Part shown: positions 24,227 through 37,479 of the stretch, in pieces
Numbering within the stretch: position 1 is the stretch's first letter
Layout of the letters: each line of letters begins with the position of its first letter
Assembly: GCF_006345805.1 (NCBI RefSeq)
Contig: NW_021833249.1
Coordinates: 1-64,000, forward strand
Source: Octopus sinensis
Taxonomy: Eukaryota
Length of the DNA stretch: 64,000 nt
Direction: 5' to 3'
The notes under the pieces: generated by a model
The model's input: the letters and a program-made list of their open reading frames with translations, nothing else
Database searches by the model: none
Told to the model about the DNA's origin: nothing
Program-made: the position numbers and the translations under genes

Positions 24227-27200
24227 TAGTTTTATTTTTATAGCGTGCTTTCACTTCACTGTGTGCCTTGGGTATGTGCTGTCATTTGTTGTGATGCTCT
24301 GATGGTTATTGTATGGAAAGTGTTCTGCGTAGGATGTGTGCAGTGCCTAGTAGTGCAATTTTCTGTATGTTATATGTGTTTGTAAGTCCTGGTGTTTTTG
24401 TTATGTATTTGGCTGAATATTTTTTTATCATGCCTAATGCACCTACTATGATAGGAATTGTTTCTGTTTTCAGATTCCACATTCTAGTTACCTCTATTTC
24501 CAGGTCTTTGTATTTTGAGAGTTTCTCCATTTCTTTTAGAGACACGTTGTCATCAGCCGGTATTGATACATCAATTAGAAAGCATTTTTTTTTCTTCATG
24601 GTCTCTGACAACTATATCTGGTCTGTTGGCCTTAATTTCTCTATCTGTGTGTATCGGCATATCCCAGAGTATGGTTGCTTTCTCGTTTTCTGTGACCTTT
24701 TCTGGTGTGTGCCTATACCATCTTTTTTCTGTTGTTATTCCATAATGTTGGCATAGCTTCCAATGTATGTAGGTTCCAACTCTGTCATGTCTGTGAATAT
24801 ATTCCTTCTTAGCCAGGACTGGGCAGCTAGAGATAATATGATTTATTGTTTCTTGTCCATCTCCACATATTCTGCAGTTACTTGTAATATTTCTTTTCAT
24901 TACATGTTTTTGGTAATTTCTGGTGGGGAGGCTTTGGTCTTGTGCTGCAATTAAAAATCCCTCTGTTTCTGCTTTGAGTCCTGAGCTTCTCAACCATTGC
25001 TGGGATTTTTCTTTGTCTATTTCTTTTGCGTTTAGTTTAGTCCAGTATTTACCATGAAGGGGCTTTTCTTGCCATCGTTTTATCATGGTTCGTTGCTGTT
25101 CTATTTTTAGTTTGGATTTCATTTGTTTTATAGCTTTTGTTGTTTCTTCATCTTCTTCTTCTTCTTCGTGTTTATTTGGTGGTATGATTTCTTGTTTGTA
25201 TTTGTCAGCTTCCTTAAATACTAAGAACAGTTTTTTGTTTTGCCGCTATCTGGATCAGTTTTCCTTCCTTCTGAAGTAGATATTTTTGCAGTCCTATGGT
25301 GGTTATTTTATAGTAGTTTTCCAGCTGTATAAGGCCTCTACCACCTTCTATACGTTGTATATATAGTCTTTCTATGTCAGATTTTGGGTGATGCATCCTA
25401 GATCCTGTCATTATTTTTCTTGTTTTCCTATCTATTTTGGTCAGTTCATTTCGTGTCCAGTTAAGGATATTGTAGCTGTAACCTATAACTGGGACAGCTA
25501 AAGTGTTAATACCTATTATCTTGTTTTTAGCATTGAGCTCTGTGTTTAGTATTGATCTAACTCGTCTATAATATTCTTTTTTATTTTCTCTTTCATTTGT
25601 GTGTGTTGTGTCTTATCTAGTTCATGGATTCCTAAGTATTTGTAAGTTTGGCTTTGGTCTAATTCTTTTATTTCATTGGTTTTATCTAGTGTGATGTGTT
25701 TTACTCTTAACTAGTTTTCCTCTTTTCATGGTTACTTTGGCGCATTTTTCTAATCCAAATTTCATATCTATTTCTTTGGTAAATCCATGAACTGTCTTTA
25801 ATAGTGTTTCCAGCTGTTTGTCATTTGCAGCATATAGTTTTAGGTCATCCATATATAAAAGGTGGCTGATCGTTTTGCCGTAACATTTATATCCGCATCC
25901 AGTTCTATTTAGCATATCAGATAGAGGTGACAGTGCCAAGCAGAAAAGGAGTGGAGAGAGCGTGTCTCCCTGGAATATTCCTCTTCTAATGGGGATGTCT
26001 TTGGTTTTCATGAGTCCCTATGAATTTTATGATTGTTGGTGCTACTTTGTTAATGGCTAGTGTTTCGAGGATCCATGTGTGGGGGATGCTATCAAACGCC
26101 TTTTTGTAGTCAATCCAGGCCATACTGAGGCCTTTCTTCTTTCTGTGGCTGTCTTCAGTTATGGCTTTATTAATTATTAGTTGATCTTTACAGCCATATG
26201 AGCCTTTGCGGCATCCTTTCTGCTCTTCTGGGAACAGTTTGTTTTCGTCCAGGTGCTTGTTCAGCCTTTGTGATATCACTGCAGTAAATGCCTTGAACAT
26301 AGTAGGGAGGCAGGTTATTGGTCTGTAGTTTTCTGGTTTCTGTTTCATTTGATTTGGGAATTAAGATGGTTTTCCCCTTCGTGAGCCATTCAGGCATTGT
26401 CTCTGGCTCTGCTAGTACGTTGTTAAAGTTTTCAGCCAGCTTTTTGTGCATTCCTGTTAGATATTTCAACCAGAAGTTGGGGATCTTGTCATGCCCAGGT
26501 GCCTTCCAGTTGCTTAGTCTTTGCAGTGCCTGGGTGACCTCTTCAGTTGTTATGGGGGTCCAAAGTTGTTCAGATGCCGAGTTTGTTATTTTGATACTCC
26601 TTTTTTTTTTTTTGGTGGTTCGTTCGCCGACCATATTTCTCTCCAGAATTCTTCCAATTCTTCTGCCGTTGGTGCTGCAGTGACTTCTATTTTATTTTTG
26701 CCCAGTTCTTGGTAGAACTTTTTGGGGTTGGAGTTGAACTTTTTGTTTTCTTCTTCAAAGAAGCGTTGGCGTTTCTTGTACCGGCGGATCCTTTGTGGTT
26801 TGGCAAGGATATCTTGCTTCAGCTTTTCTTTTATTTCAGGCAAATCTTTCTCTGTGATGTTATATTTGCGGAGTATTTTTGTTCTCTTTTTGTTGCTCAG
26901 TAGCGTTGATTGTTTGTTGATTTCATTAAGAATCGACAGGTCTTTTCTAATTTTTTTTTATTTTGCTTTGGATGTTATTTATCCACAGGGTTTGTTTGGG
27001 TGGTGGTACTCCTGTTTGGGCGGGTTTGGGTGAGTATCCAGCTTCTTTTGTGGCTGCAGTGGCTGCTGCGTATATTAGGTTATTTAGTTCAGTGATATCA
27101 CTTTTTTTTTTCAGTGGCTATCAGTTCAGTGACGGCTAGGTTTATGCTGTTTATAATAGGTGTTGTTATTTCGTTTATTTTGATTCTTGGGAGGTATGGT

Positions 27201-28288
27201 CGGTGGTCCATTTTGAGCTCTGTGGTTTTCAGTTCTTTGATTATTTTATTTTTTATATTATCATAATCATTAGGCTCCCCTCCGTTGTTTACATCGTGTT
27301 TGTTGGGAATGTTGCGTTTGTCTTCGTGTTTTACAGTTTCAGTGTTTATATTATTGGGCATTGTTGGTGTGGCTTCTATCTACATTTTCCTGGTGTATGT
27401 TTTCTTTTAGGTGTTCTATTTCTATTTCTGATATTTTTTTTGTGTTGAGAATGTATCTTCGTACGTTAGCTAATTTATTAGGGTTCATTGCTGTATCCAA
27501 GTCTATATCTCTATTATTTTCCTTCCATATTTTATATGTATGTGTTGTTGTATTTTCATTTTTTGGGTAGAGTATTGCTGTGAAGTATGCGTGTAAGATA
27601 GAAATGTATTCCTCACGTGTCCATTTACGTCTTTTGGGTTTTATTTCCGGGACATGAGGTACAACGTCCGGCCCATTATTTTGACGGTCGTCATTTTCGT
27701 AGGGTACCGGTCCGTTTATTTCTGTTGTCACATTAGTTCGCACGTGTAGTTTTTCGTACATTTTTTGTTGTAAGTTTAATGTACGTACCGCTCGATTGTT
27801 ATTCTTGGGTTGAATAGTATCGGTGGCATTTAATTTCTTCGTAGTTCCTTTGTACATGGCGTTTGGCGTCGGGGATGATCGTGATGTTTCACGCATGTTT
27901 ACATGTGTTGCGTTAGAGGTGGAGATGATATCGAGTCAAAATACATCATTTCGTTTCGAAAATAGTAATAAATTTCAATTAGTATTACTTACTCGGATAC
28001 AGTCCAATTCTTTGTTAGTAAAACTTTGGCTCCATAGGATGTCCTTGTTTTCGATGTTTGTGGATAGGTTTCGGAGCTCTGAATTTTCCTTCTTACATCT
28101 TAAACGTCCCCCGGTGTTCTCCTCTTAAATGTCCCCCGGTGTTCTCTCTTAAACGTCCCCCGGTGTTCTCTCTTAAACGTCCCCCGGTGTTCTCCTCTTA
28201 AACGTCCCCCGGTGTTCTCTCTTAAACGTCCTCTGGTGTTCTCTCTTAAACGTCCCCCGGTGTTCTCTCTTAAACGTCCCCCGGTGTT
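24224..28288 (-). mobile_element. Full-length R4/Dong-like RLE non-LTR retrotransposon between (TAA)n tracts
   Basis: RT (RRGIFQGDTLSPLLF, LLYMDD), CCHC-type motif (CRIC...HIISSC), RLE (NRPDIV...LIDVSIP...EKLSKY); flanked by (tta)n at 24171-24223 and 28289-28357; frameshifted. Confidence 0.93.
28098..28288 (-). repeat. Eight tandem 24-25 bp reiterations of the R4 element 5' terminus
   Basis: tcttaaacgtcccccggtgtt at 28098, 28123, 28147, 28171, 28196, 28220, 28244 and 28268; present only once in the sister copy (42851-42870). Confidence 0.92.
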
Positions 28289-28295
28289 ATTATTA

Positions 28296-28357
<62 letters not shown>

Positions 28358-28823
28358 GAGTCAGAGAGAAGTGCATATCATCAAAGTGACACTGGGATAC
28401 AAATATATGAAGCCCAGTATACCTATCATGACTACCCGTCTGATAAGGGTACACGAGGCATATGCATCACAACCATATGTGCAAGACATGGTGATCTCAT
28501 ATCAAGATATACAGCGCATAACCCTGCAGGTAGGGGCCCAGTTAGGATTTTCTTCAGGTCGAGTAGCCCATCCCGCTCAAAAAGTCTCTGAATAAGGGTT
28601 GTTTAAGGATGTTGAACAAAACACCCATGTTTCCAGAGGTGAATTATCAATACCACGAAGAATTCCTCTCAACATCTTGATATGAGATCACCATGTCTCG
28701 CACATATGGTTGTGTTACATGTGCCTGGTGTACCGTTATCAGACGGGTAGTCATGATGGGTATACTGGGCTTCGTATATTTTACCCCCGTGTCACTTTGA
28801 TGGCATGCACTGCTCTCTCACTC
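28358..28823. mobile_element. 466-bp foldback/MITE with ~150-bp imperfect terminal inverted repeats
   Basis: 28358-28508 is the reverse complement of 28674-28823; flanked by (tta)n on the left and (aat)n on the right. Confidence 0.88.
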
Positions 28824-28854
<31 letters not shown>

Positions 28855-28859
28855 GCAAA

Positions 28860-30950
28860 CACATAGCTCACAATACCCATATTAATAGAACAAAAGACTC
28901 AAGCAACAAACTACACTGATGCAATACAATACGGAAAGAGTTTATACTTCCCAAGTAATAATAGAAAAAAACGCTTAACCCACTGCTGCAGGGCCGTGAA
29001 TACTGTATTGATGACCAGCGCAGCACAGCCCATCCAAATGAGGAAAGACAGGCCCCTCCACGCTTGAAGCAAATCTGTCTAGAGAAGTGACAAGAATCAC
29101 TCCTTGCCAGTAAGGTTAAAATAGATTTTTCATGCAAAATGCAAACTAGAAACACTGCATCGTCCGTCATGCAAATCACCAAGGGATGCGTCTCCAGAGA
29201 GGAACAAACCTGAGATCGAAAAATTGAAAACTGGAACAAACTCCTCTTAAAATTATCTTGAGGGAAACCAGAACCGAGAAATCAACCCTGATACTCAAAT
29301 AAAACAAACGTCGAAAGAACTACTAAAGATAGATGAACAACAGAGGAGTATAAGCAAGTCATGACAGCATTCTACACAGCACTGAACTAACTAGGACATA
29401 ATAAAACTGAGTTGTGTTTCAATACCTGGAGAGAAATGATAGGGGATGACGTCTGTGGTTATATCCATGCAAACAAATTAGCCATCTTACGCAGACATCA
29501 TGCGTAATAACCGTCTAACACCAGCAGAATTAGAGACAATGAAAAATAATTACCACTACCATCCCAGAAAATTAAGCTGAAGCACATGGTGCAGGTACTG
29601 GGAATAATGAACAGGAAAACATACAGCCTATTGATAAAGACACACCCGAACATGATGTTGATGTAGGCAACATGCAGATGGCCTAACTGATAGTGAAGTA
29701 ACAGGAAGTAGGAATGAACCTGAAACTGCAATGGTAGACTGAAGCCAATAGAGAGAAAATACCTGTGGCAAAAGAACAATATCTTGAGAGAGCTAGGCAT
29801 TTCTAAACATCTAGAAATGAATGAGAGAGATCAACTACCAATGTTTCAGAACACCAGATCAAATCACTGTACAATCAAAATATATGGCAGCTTCTCCTTG
29901 AAACTGAGACAGATTTAATCTAACTAAGCCATTTTTTTGGTACTTAACAGCTTTGCTGCCACAAAGAAAATAGGTGTCAAGATAGAGAAAAAAAGAAATA
30001 ATATAAGATGAGGATGGCTAGAAAGATAATGCAAAACTACAATCTGATAAACGTGGAAGAAGTACTGAAAAAAATGAAAAGTATGAAAAAAAAATTTTGC
30101 AGACAATATACGATATTTAAAACTATTGCTAAGAAATTTTGCAGAGAGTTAGGGAAACAGTCAATCGAAGTAAAAGACCTGCCTGATATGATGAAGTAGT
30201 GATATAGAGGGACAGAAAGGAATTTAATAAGAAAGCTGAATGGGTAGGGAGAGAAGAAAGAATGTTTGAGATTGGAGAACAGAGATGGAACGATATTAGA
30301 ATGCAGGGACTAACTCAAGCTCTGTCTAAAACTCGTAAGTGGGACATGATAAAATCTCAAAATTGTGGCTTAACAGCTTCTCATCATCACACTGTTTCTC
30401 TAGTATCATCAGAAACCCTGAAAATACTCCAAGCTGGTTAACATTATGGATAACATACCTACTCCCTAAAACGAGCGACACAAGAAACCCCCAAAACAAA
30501 AGGCTGATCACTTGTTTGACCACCATGTACAAAACATCCAATCTCACCGAAAGGATGTACCAATTTCTCGATGAAAACAACACGCTTCCCCATGAACAAA
30601 AAGGGTGCAAAAGACCAAGAATTAATTAACCGTATGATATTCGAAAATTGCTCATCCAAAAAAACCATCCTTAGTACAGCATGGATTGACTGTATACAAG
30701 ATTCTACTTTCGTAAAAGGTTTCCTTCAGCACAAAATTGTTTCTCAACCACGAGAAAGGCTTGTAATGTATCAGAGAACATCATAATTGACTGTGGAATA
30801 TTCCAGGGTGATTCACTCTTCCCTCTTCTCTTCTGTCTTTTTCTCATCCCTTGTCCTATGAGCTGAATAGAACAAATCATTGTTACAAATTGTCTGACAA
30901 GACCATCTCACACTTGCTCTACGTAGATGATCAGAAATTATATGTAAAAG
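28860..30950 (+). mobile_element. Older, decayed R4/Dong-like LINE (5' part to RT)
   Basis: LITCLTTMYK, HEQKGC, LSTAWID, HLLYVDDQKLY; preceded by (aat)n. Confidence 0.75.
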
Positions 30951-31019
30951 ACAAGAATAACTGCAACAGTATAATCTTCAACGTCATCAATAACAACAAT
31001 AATAGTGGTAATATTGTAC

Positions 31020-31630
31020 TGTTCGAGGCGGCGAGCTGGCAGAAACATTAGCACACCGGGCGAAATGCTTAGCGGTGTTTCGTCTGCCGCTACGTTCTGA
31101 ATTCAAATTCCGCCGAGGTCGACTTTGCCTTTCATCCTTTCGGGGTCGATATACGCACTGGGGTCGATATAATCGACTTAATCCGTTTGTCTGTCCTTGT
31201 TTGTCCTCTCTGTGTTTAGCCCCTTGTGGGTAGTAAAGAAATTGGTATTTCGTCTGCCGTTACGTTTTGAGTTCAAATTCCGCTGAGGTCGACTTTGTCT
31301 TTCATCCTTCCGGGGTTGATAAATTAAGTACCAGTTACGCACTGGGGTCGATGTAATCGACTTAATCCGTTTGTCTGTACTTGTTTGTCCCCTCTATGTT
31401 TAGCCCCTTGTGGGCAATAAAGAAATAAGAAACGTTAGCACACCGGGCGAAATACTTAGCGGTAATTCGTCTATCTTTACGTTCTGAGTTCAAATTCCGC
31501 CGAGGTAGACTTTGCCTTTCATCCTTTCAGGGTCGATAGATTTAGTACCAGTTGCGTACTGGGGATTGATCTAATCGACTGTTCCCCTCCCCCAAAATTT
31601 CGGGCCTTGTGCCTTTAGTAGTAAAGAATA
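31020..31630 (+). mobile_element. Cluster of about three tandem SINE copies
   Basis: The core gttctgagttcaaattccgc.gaggt.gactttg is repeated at ~31090, ~31260 and ~31480. Confidence 0.8.
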
Positions 31631-31743
31631 TTGTACTGATCTTTAGTTTCATTGGGATTTTTGTTGGAGTTTCATTTCGGTTTTTAGTGTCGGTTGGTTA
31701 AGATTGGGTGTCTTTTTTTAAAATTCACACACACACACACAAC

Positions 31744-31858
<115 letters not shown>

Positions 31859-32008
31859 CTGTTTGTACTGTTTGTACTGTTCACTAACAGATAGTGCCAA
31901 GAGTGGGGATGTGTTTGGCATATGCAAACACATACATATGAATGTGTAACATAAACGATAGTTTTTATATCCAGTTGAAAATTGTCGTCTGTTACTCTCA
32001 GCCTTCCA

Positions 32009-32081
<73 letters not shown>

Positions 32082-32086
<5 letters not shown>

Positions 32087-33691
32087 GACCTGAGACAAAC
32101 AAAACCAAAACAGAAAGAACAATTAAAAACCCTTCCCTACATCTCTACACACAACCCACTCAACAATGAGGCCTTCAACACCATACTACAAAGCACAGCC
32201 CTACTAAAGGGAGACCCAAAGATGAACCGGATCCTCGAAACACACACCATCATTAAAAGTAAACGGCAACCAAAATCCTTGAAAAGGATTTTAACCCAAG
32301 CTACACTGCACTCAACATCAACCACAAAACCAGCAGTTAGAAAATGTGGAAGGCCCAACTGCGGAATCTGTGTCATCTTGAAAGAAGGATTAGAATTTAT
32401 ACTGGAACAAGGCCACCAGTTCACCATTAGAACAAACTTCACCTGCGCATCAGAAAACTTAATTTACGTCATAACATGCGCAGGCTGCAATAGGCAGTAT
32501 ATAGGCCATACAAAAAATAGCTTACGTAACAGAATGGCGGTGCATAAATCACAAATTAGAAACCCTGATTACCGCAAAATACCGGTCAGCGGACACATAG
32601 ATACATGTGCTGGAAATGTAAATCCGAAATTTACAACTAACCCGCTCTATAAATTCAGTGACAACGCAACCTTCACACAACGCCAAAATAAAGAACTATA
32701 TTTCATAAAAAAATTTAGACCAAGTTTAAACACCCTGGGCCAAGAATACTAAAACAAAAGATAAGTCCTCCGAAAAGGAGAAGCAAAATTCCACCACGGC
32801 CGCTACTTTAAACAGACACTCGCTCTGACGGAAATATGCCTTAGTAAAAAAGGAAAAAAATTCTTTCGTGCAAATCTGACCCTGATACATACGATACAGC
32901 TAAGGGTCAGACCCGATTCTGATTGGTCAACAAGTTGATGACGTCTAGCTCTGCTAGAATGGACAGGATACAAACAGGGGACAGTCATTAGTCAGAATAT
33001 TGATGACGTCCTTTTCTGCTTGACTAGTCACCTAACAAGTACAGACAGGGGGCAGATCTAATGTAGCTATAAGTCGTGATTGGGCAGAATCTGGATGACG
33101 TTCCGTTCTGCTTGACTAACGAAGCGACTGGTCAAAACAGGAAACAAACAAGAGGCAGTTATAATGCAGCGATTGGTCAAAATAATGATGACGTCTCGTT
33201 CTGCTTGACTAAAGCCACCTAACGAAACGATTGGTCAAAACGTTGATTATAAAACCGAGCACTTCACAAAACCCACTAGAACCACCCAGCGAACATCCAC
33301 CATGGGTCATCACAATTGCTTAAGGTAAAAATGAATTCCTCGCTCTTTCGGAAACATCAATCTTCTGTATTGACCGCTTTCCACCACTTTGATCTGTTTC
33401 TTGTATTGAATACGTATCGCCACCGTGGGCCACTGCATCGAACACTTTGAACATATACTTCAAACTATATATCAACTATACATGAACTATATATCAACTA
33501 TACATGAACTCTAAGATGTCTGACTCCGTTGTGTATTATAAATGAATTTCTTGTGTTTGACGGCATGAGCTGTCTTTTTTTATATATAACTTTTTTTGAT
33601 AAGGTTCATTTCAGGAACTGAAACATGTTATAATGTATATATAAAAATTAAAAATTGTATAATACAGCAGCATTTTCGAACTTCATTTTTT

Positions 33692-33700
<9 letters not shown>
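32082..33700 (+). mobile_element. 5'-truncated Penelope-like element (GIY-YIG endonuclease and 3' tail) between (TA)n tracts
   Basis: ORF to 32752: RQPKSLKRIL, KCGRPNCGIC, FTCASENLIYVITCAGCNRQYIGHT...RMAVH; the extra Cys cluster suggests a Neptune-like lineage. Confidence 0.9.
32921..33243 (+). promoter_or_regulatory. Array of CCAAT-box and CRE-like motifs in the PLE tail
   Basis: About four imperfect units containing (g)attggtca(a) followed by gatgacgt, three of them continuing with ttctgcttgact. Confidence 0.4.
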
Positions 33701-33749
<49 letters not shown>

Positions 33750-33802
33750 AGGCTGAGAGTAACAGACGACAATTTTCAACTGGATATAAAAACTATCGTT
33801 TA

Positions 33803-36800
33803 TGTTACACATTCATATGTATGTGTTTGCATATGCCAAACCACATCCCCACTCTTGGCACTATTTGTTAGTGAACAGTACAAACTGTGTGTAAAGTATA
33901 TAATGTATTACTACGCTGGAATGTCGTCGTCCGTATAACAAGTAATGAAAATAAACACGTAAACAATAACAATGGTTTTCATTTGGTTGTCGATCCCATT
34001 AGAACCCAACACACACATCACATGGTGGCAGCGGTAAATAAAGAAACGGAAACTGTGCCTTTACAACAAATCTGAAACGCAACGAACCAGGAAATTAACA
34101 AACAAAACATCGCTTCGCCTTCGGACAACATAAACAACGAATCCAAGATGGCGACCCCCGTCGCCGTACAGATGAATCTGCATCCGATTATGAATTGGGA
34201 TTCTGATGATATTTTGGAGGCATTTAAAAAGTTTAAACAGAAAACTCAACTAGCTTTCAAAAGTTTCCTGACAGGCACAACTGACGATGAGAAGGTAAGC
34301 TATATCCTTCTGTAGTCAGGTAATAAAGGAATAGACTTATTCAATAGCTGGGATATGTTAGAGTCCGACTGCAATAACCCAGATACACTTCTTGAGAAAT
34401 TTGAGAGGCACCTAGAGCCCAGGTCAAACCATAGAATTCACAGATACGAATTCCAGGGCCTGAAACAAGCCCCACAAGAAACAATTGACAATTTCCTGTC
34501 AAGACTGAAAAATGTTGCAGAGAAATGCAAATTCAAAGACAGGGAGGAGAGAATTGTAGACCAATTAATATGGGGGTGTGCCCACATAGAAGTTCAGAAA
34601 TCCCTCATAGGTAAGGACGCTCTCCAGTTGGCAGAAGCAGTAGACACTGCAAGAGCATTCGAGGCCACTACCAAACAAATGGCCTCACTAAGCTTACAAA
34701 CAAGCCCACTAGGTAGCAGTGTAGATACTGTATCTAGGCACAGGACACAAACCCACAAACAAAGAACATGCCGGTACTGTGGTACAGAGCATGAATTTAA
34801 TAACCGGGAAAAATGTCCTGCATTCGGTACACACTGCAAAGGATGTGGAAAACTGAACCACTGGAAAAAAATGTGTAGGATAACGAAATCCCAGAGATAC
34901 AAGCCCCAATTTTCAAAGAGGAGCAGAAATAGAAGAGATATACATGCACAACAACAGGAACAAAGCACCTCAGAGGAGGAATTCTTGGCAATCGGCATAA
35001 TAAATGTGCATGAGATGGGAAAGGACGACCGGAAGAAAGAAGATGAGGCATACACGACGATAAGAATCTAAAAGAAGGCCGGAAGGAAAAGAACAAACAT
35101 AGACTTAAGGCTGAAGATAGACACTGGGGCCCAGAGTGATATCTTGCCTGTCAGCTTATACAAGATGTTCCCAGAAAATATGACAGAAGAGGATAGGGTC
35201 AGAAAAGGAATCCTCACACCAAGTGATGTGATTCCACAACTGGGGAAAACAACGATTAAGGGGACACACAAAAGGAAAACAATCGAGATTCATCTGTACG
35301 GCGACGGGGGTCGCCATCTTGGATTCGTTGTTTATGTTGTCCGAAGGCGAAGCGATGTTTTGTTTGTTAATTTCCTGGTTCGTTGCGTTTCAGATTTGTT
35401 GTAAAGGCACAGTTTCCGTTTCTTTATTTAAGCTATATGTCACAAGAACAGAAGGCCCATCAATTCTTGGACTCGATACCTGCAGGAGGTTAAATATTGT
35501 GTCGGTCAATGCTGAAGTGAAAGCAGCTCCAAGCAGGATTGACAGTGATATGCCTATCAAAGACCGACCACCAATCACAAACAAAAAGGAGATGGAAGGA
35601 CTAAGCAGAAAGGTCCACCACATTGTAAATGTGACAACCAATAAGCGCATGTACAAAGACATAGAAAAGACAGTTTCTACATGCCGCATCTGCCAAAAGT
35701 ACAAAACCTCACAACAAAAGGAGGAAATGATATCTAGTGACATCCCAAGAAGGCCATGGCAAACTATTGGAGTAGATCTATTCACAGAGGGCCAAGAATA
35801 GTATTTAATAATGGCCTGCTACTACTCCAAATTTCCATTTGTGAGAAAAGTGAAAGACCTGACAGCCAAAACAATCACTACAGTGGCTCGAGGGCTCCTA
35901 GCAGAGCAAGGAATACCAGAGCAGATCATATGTGACAAGGGAACCCAGTTCACATCACAAGAATTCAAAAAGCTAGCCGATGAGTATGGGTTCAATATTA
36001 CAACTTCATCTCCACACTATCCCAAAGGCCATGGGTTTATAGAAAGACAGGTGCAGACAGTGAAGAGAACACTAGTCAAATGCCGAGAGACTAAGGAAGA
36101 CCCACACCTGGCACTTCTGTCCCTACGAACGACACCACTGAGAGCTGATATGAAATCCCCAGCAGAATTGCTGAATGGCAGAAAGTATAAAACTACCCTG
36201 CCAACTAATCCAACCTCCTATTGACCAGGAAGAGACAAGGGCAAAACTAGCAGCCACTCAAGAACAATCACAGAGGTATTACAACAAGCATGCACAATAT
36301 TTACCTGAGATGCTTGGAGGACAACATGTGCATACTCAAGATCCCATAACTAAAACATGGATCCCAGCACAGGTTGTCAGTGGAGCTGAAACTCCAAGAT
36401 CGTATATATAGAAACAGAATCTGGTAGGCAGCTGAGACGCAACAGGGCCCACATCCGCCTAACACCAGAGCTGCCGAGGAAAACGTGTACAACACCTGCT
36501 GCATTGGTGACAACACCCACAGAATCATCACCCCAACGTGTACCAACCACATATCAGCAGCCCAACAACACATCTCAGACACCGGTGCGAAGCACAAGAT
36601 CCACCAGATGGAGAAAGAACATTCTGCCACCGGTTCGATACCGTTAAAGAAAAAAAGTATCTAATTCAGCTAGACTACAATCCATGGTGCAAGGGAGACT
36701 ACTCATAGTTGTCTTCACTGCCAGAAGACCCCTTTTTTTTCTCAAGAAGGGATGTTACACATTCATATGTATGTGTTTGCATATGCCAAACCACATCCAC

Positions 36801-36855
36801 TCTTGGCACTATTTGTTAGTGAACAGTACAAACTGTGTGTAAAGTATATAATGTA
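33803..36855 (+). mobile_element. Internally deleted Gypsy LTR retrotransposon (gag, protease, integrase; RT-RNaseH absent)
   Basis: 5' LTR from 33803 to ~34020; PBS TGGTGGCAGCGGT (tRNA-Leu type) 34023-34035; gag with CPAFGTHCKGCGKLNHW knuckle; protease KIDTGAQSDILP; integrase GVDLF/ICDKGTQF/FIERQVQTVK; PPT; 3' LTR from 36753 matching only ~100 bp. Confidence 0.92.
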
Positions 36856-37009
36856 GCGTCATATTTTCATTTATTTATTATTTATTGGAACGCTAAGATC
36901 TTTGTAGGGCTATTTGAGGGAGGAGGAGTGACTATAGCAGACTGACATGCACTGATCAACTGACAATTTCCAAACCAATTTTATTAATATAGAATACAAG
37001 GGTCTGAAA

Positions 37010-37478
37010 GGGCTACTAGTAACTGAAAAAATTCAGCGATGACATCAATATGGAATTTGGCCTGTACAAGTGTGCAAAAGCTTCATTCAAATGTGGTGAA
37101 CTGACAGCTAATAATGACGTGACCACAACAGACCGTGAACATAGATCGAAGATTCTAATTAACTTGGGTGTAAGGTAGAAGTTAGGAAAGAGATTCAACA
37201 CAAGTCAATGAAAGAAAAGAATGGTCCTGAATACTGAGCTGAACTCCCAGAATAGAATTGCGGCTATAAACTTCCTTGCATTACAAGTTGTCCATTCATT
37301 AATGTCGTCAATTTGAATCTGAGTGAAATCCAGCATATGGACATAAAGTCCAGGAAACTGCTGACACCCAAAATCAGACGTCCACAGGGTCTATCTTCCA
37401 TATAAGGAAGGTAGTAGAAACTTAATCCAACTTGAAATGTCCTATAAAACGACCACGATAGGGTTCCAAATGTACATC
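37010..37478 (+). mobile_element. R4-like LINE RT fragment
   Basis: DINMEFGLYKCAK and LIQLEMSYKTTTIG are homologous to the 25300-25760 region of the R4 copy. Confidence 0.7.
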
Positions 37479-37479
37479 C

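Noticed and set aside
27900-28100. HDV-like ribozyme at the R4 5' UTR
   Set aside because: Expected by analogy with R2, but I could not identify the nested pseudoknot by eye.
28098-28288. CRISPR-like short direct repeats
   Set aside because: No unique spacers (only ctc or ctcc linkers); it is the reiterated 5' end of a LINE.
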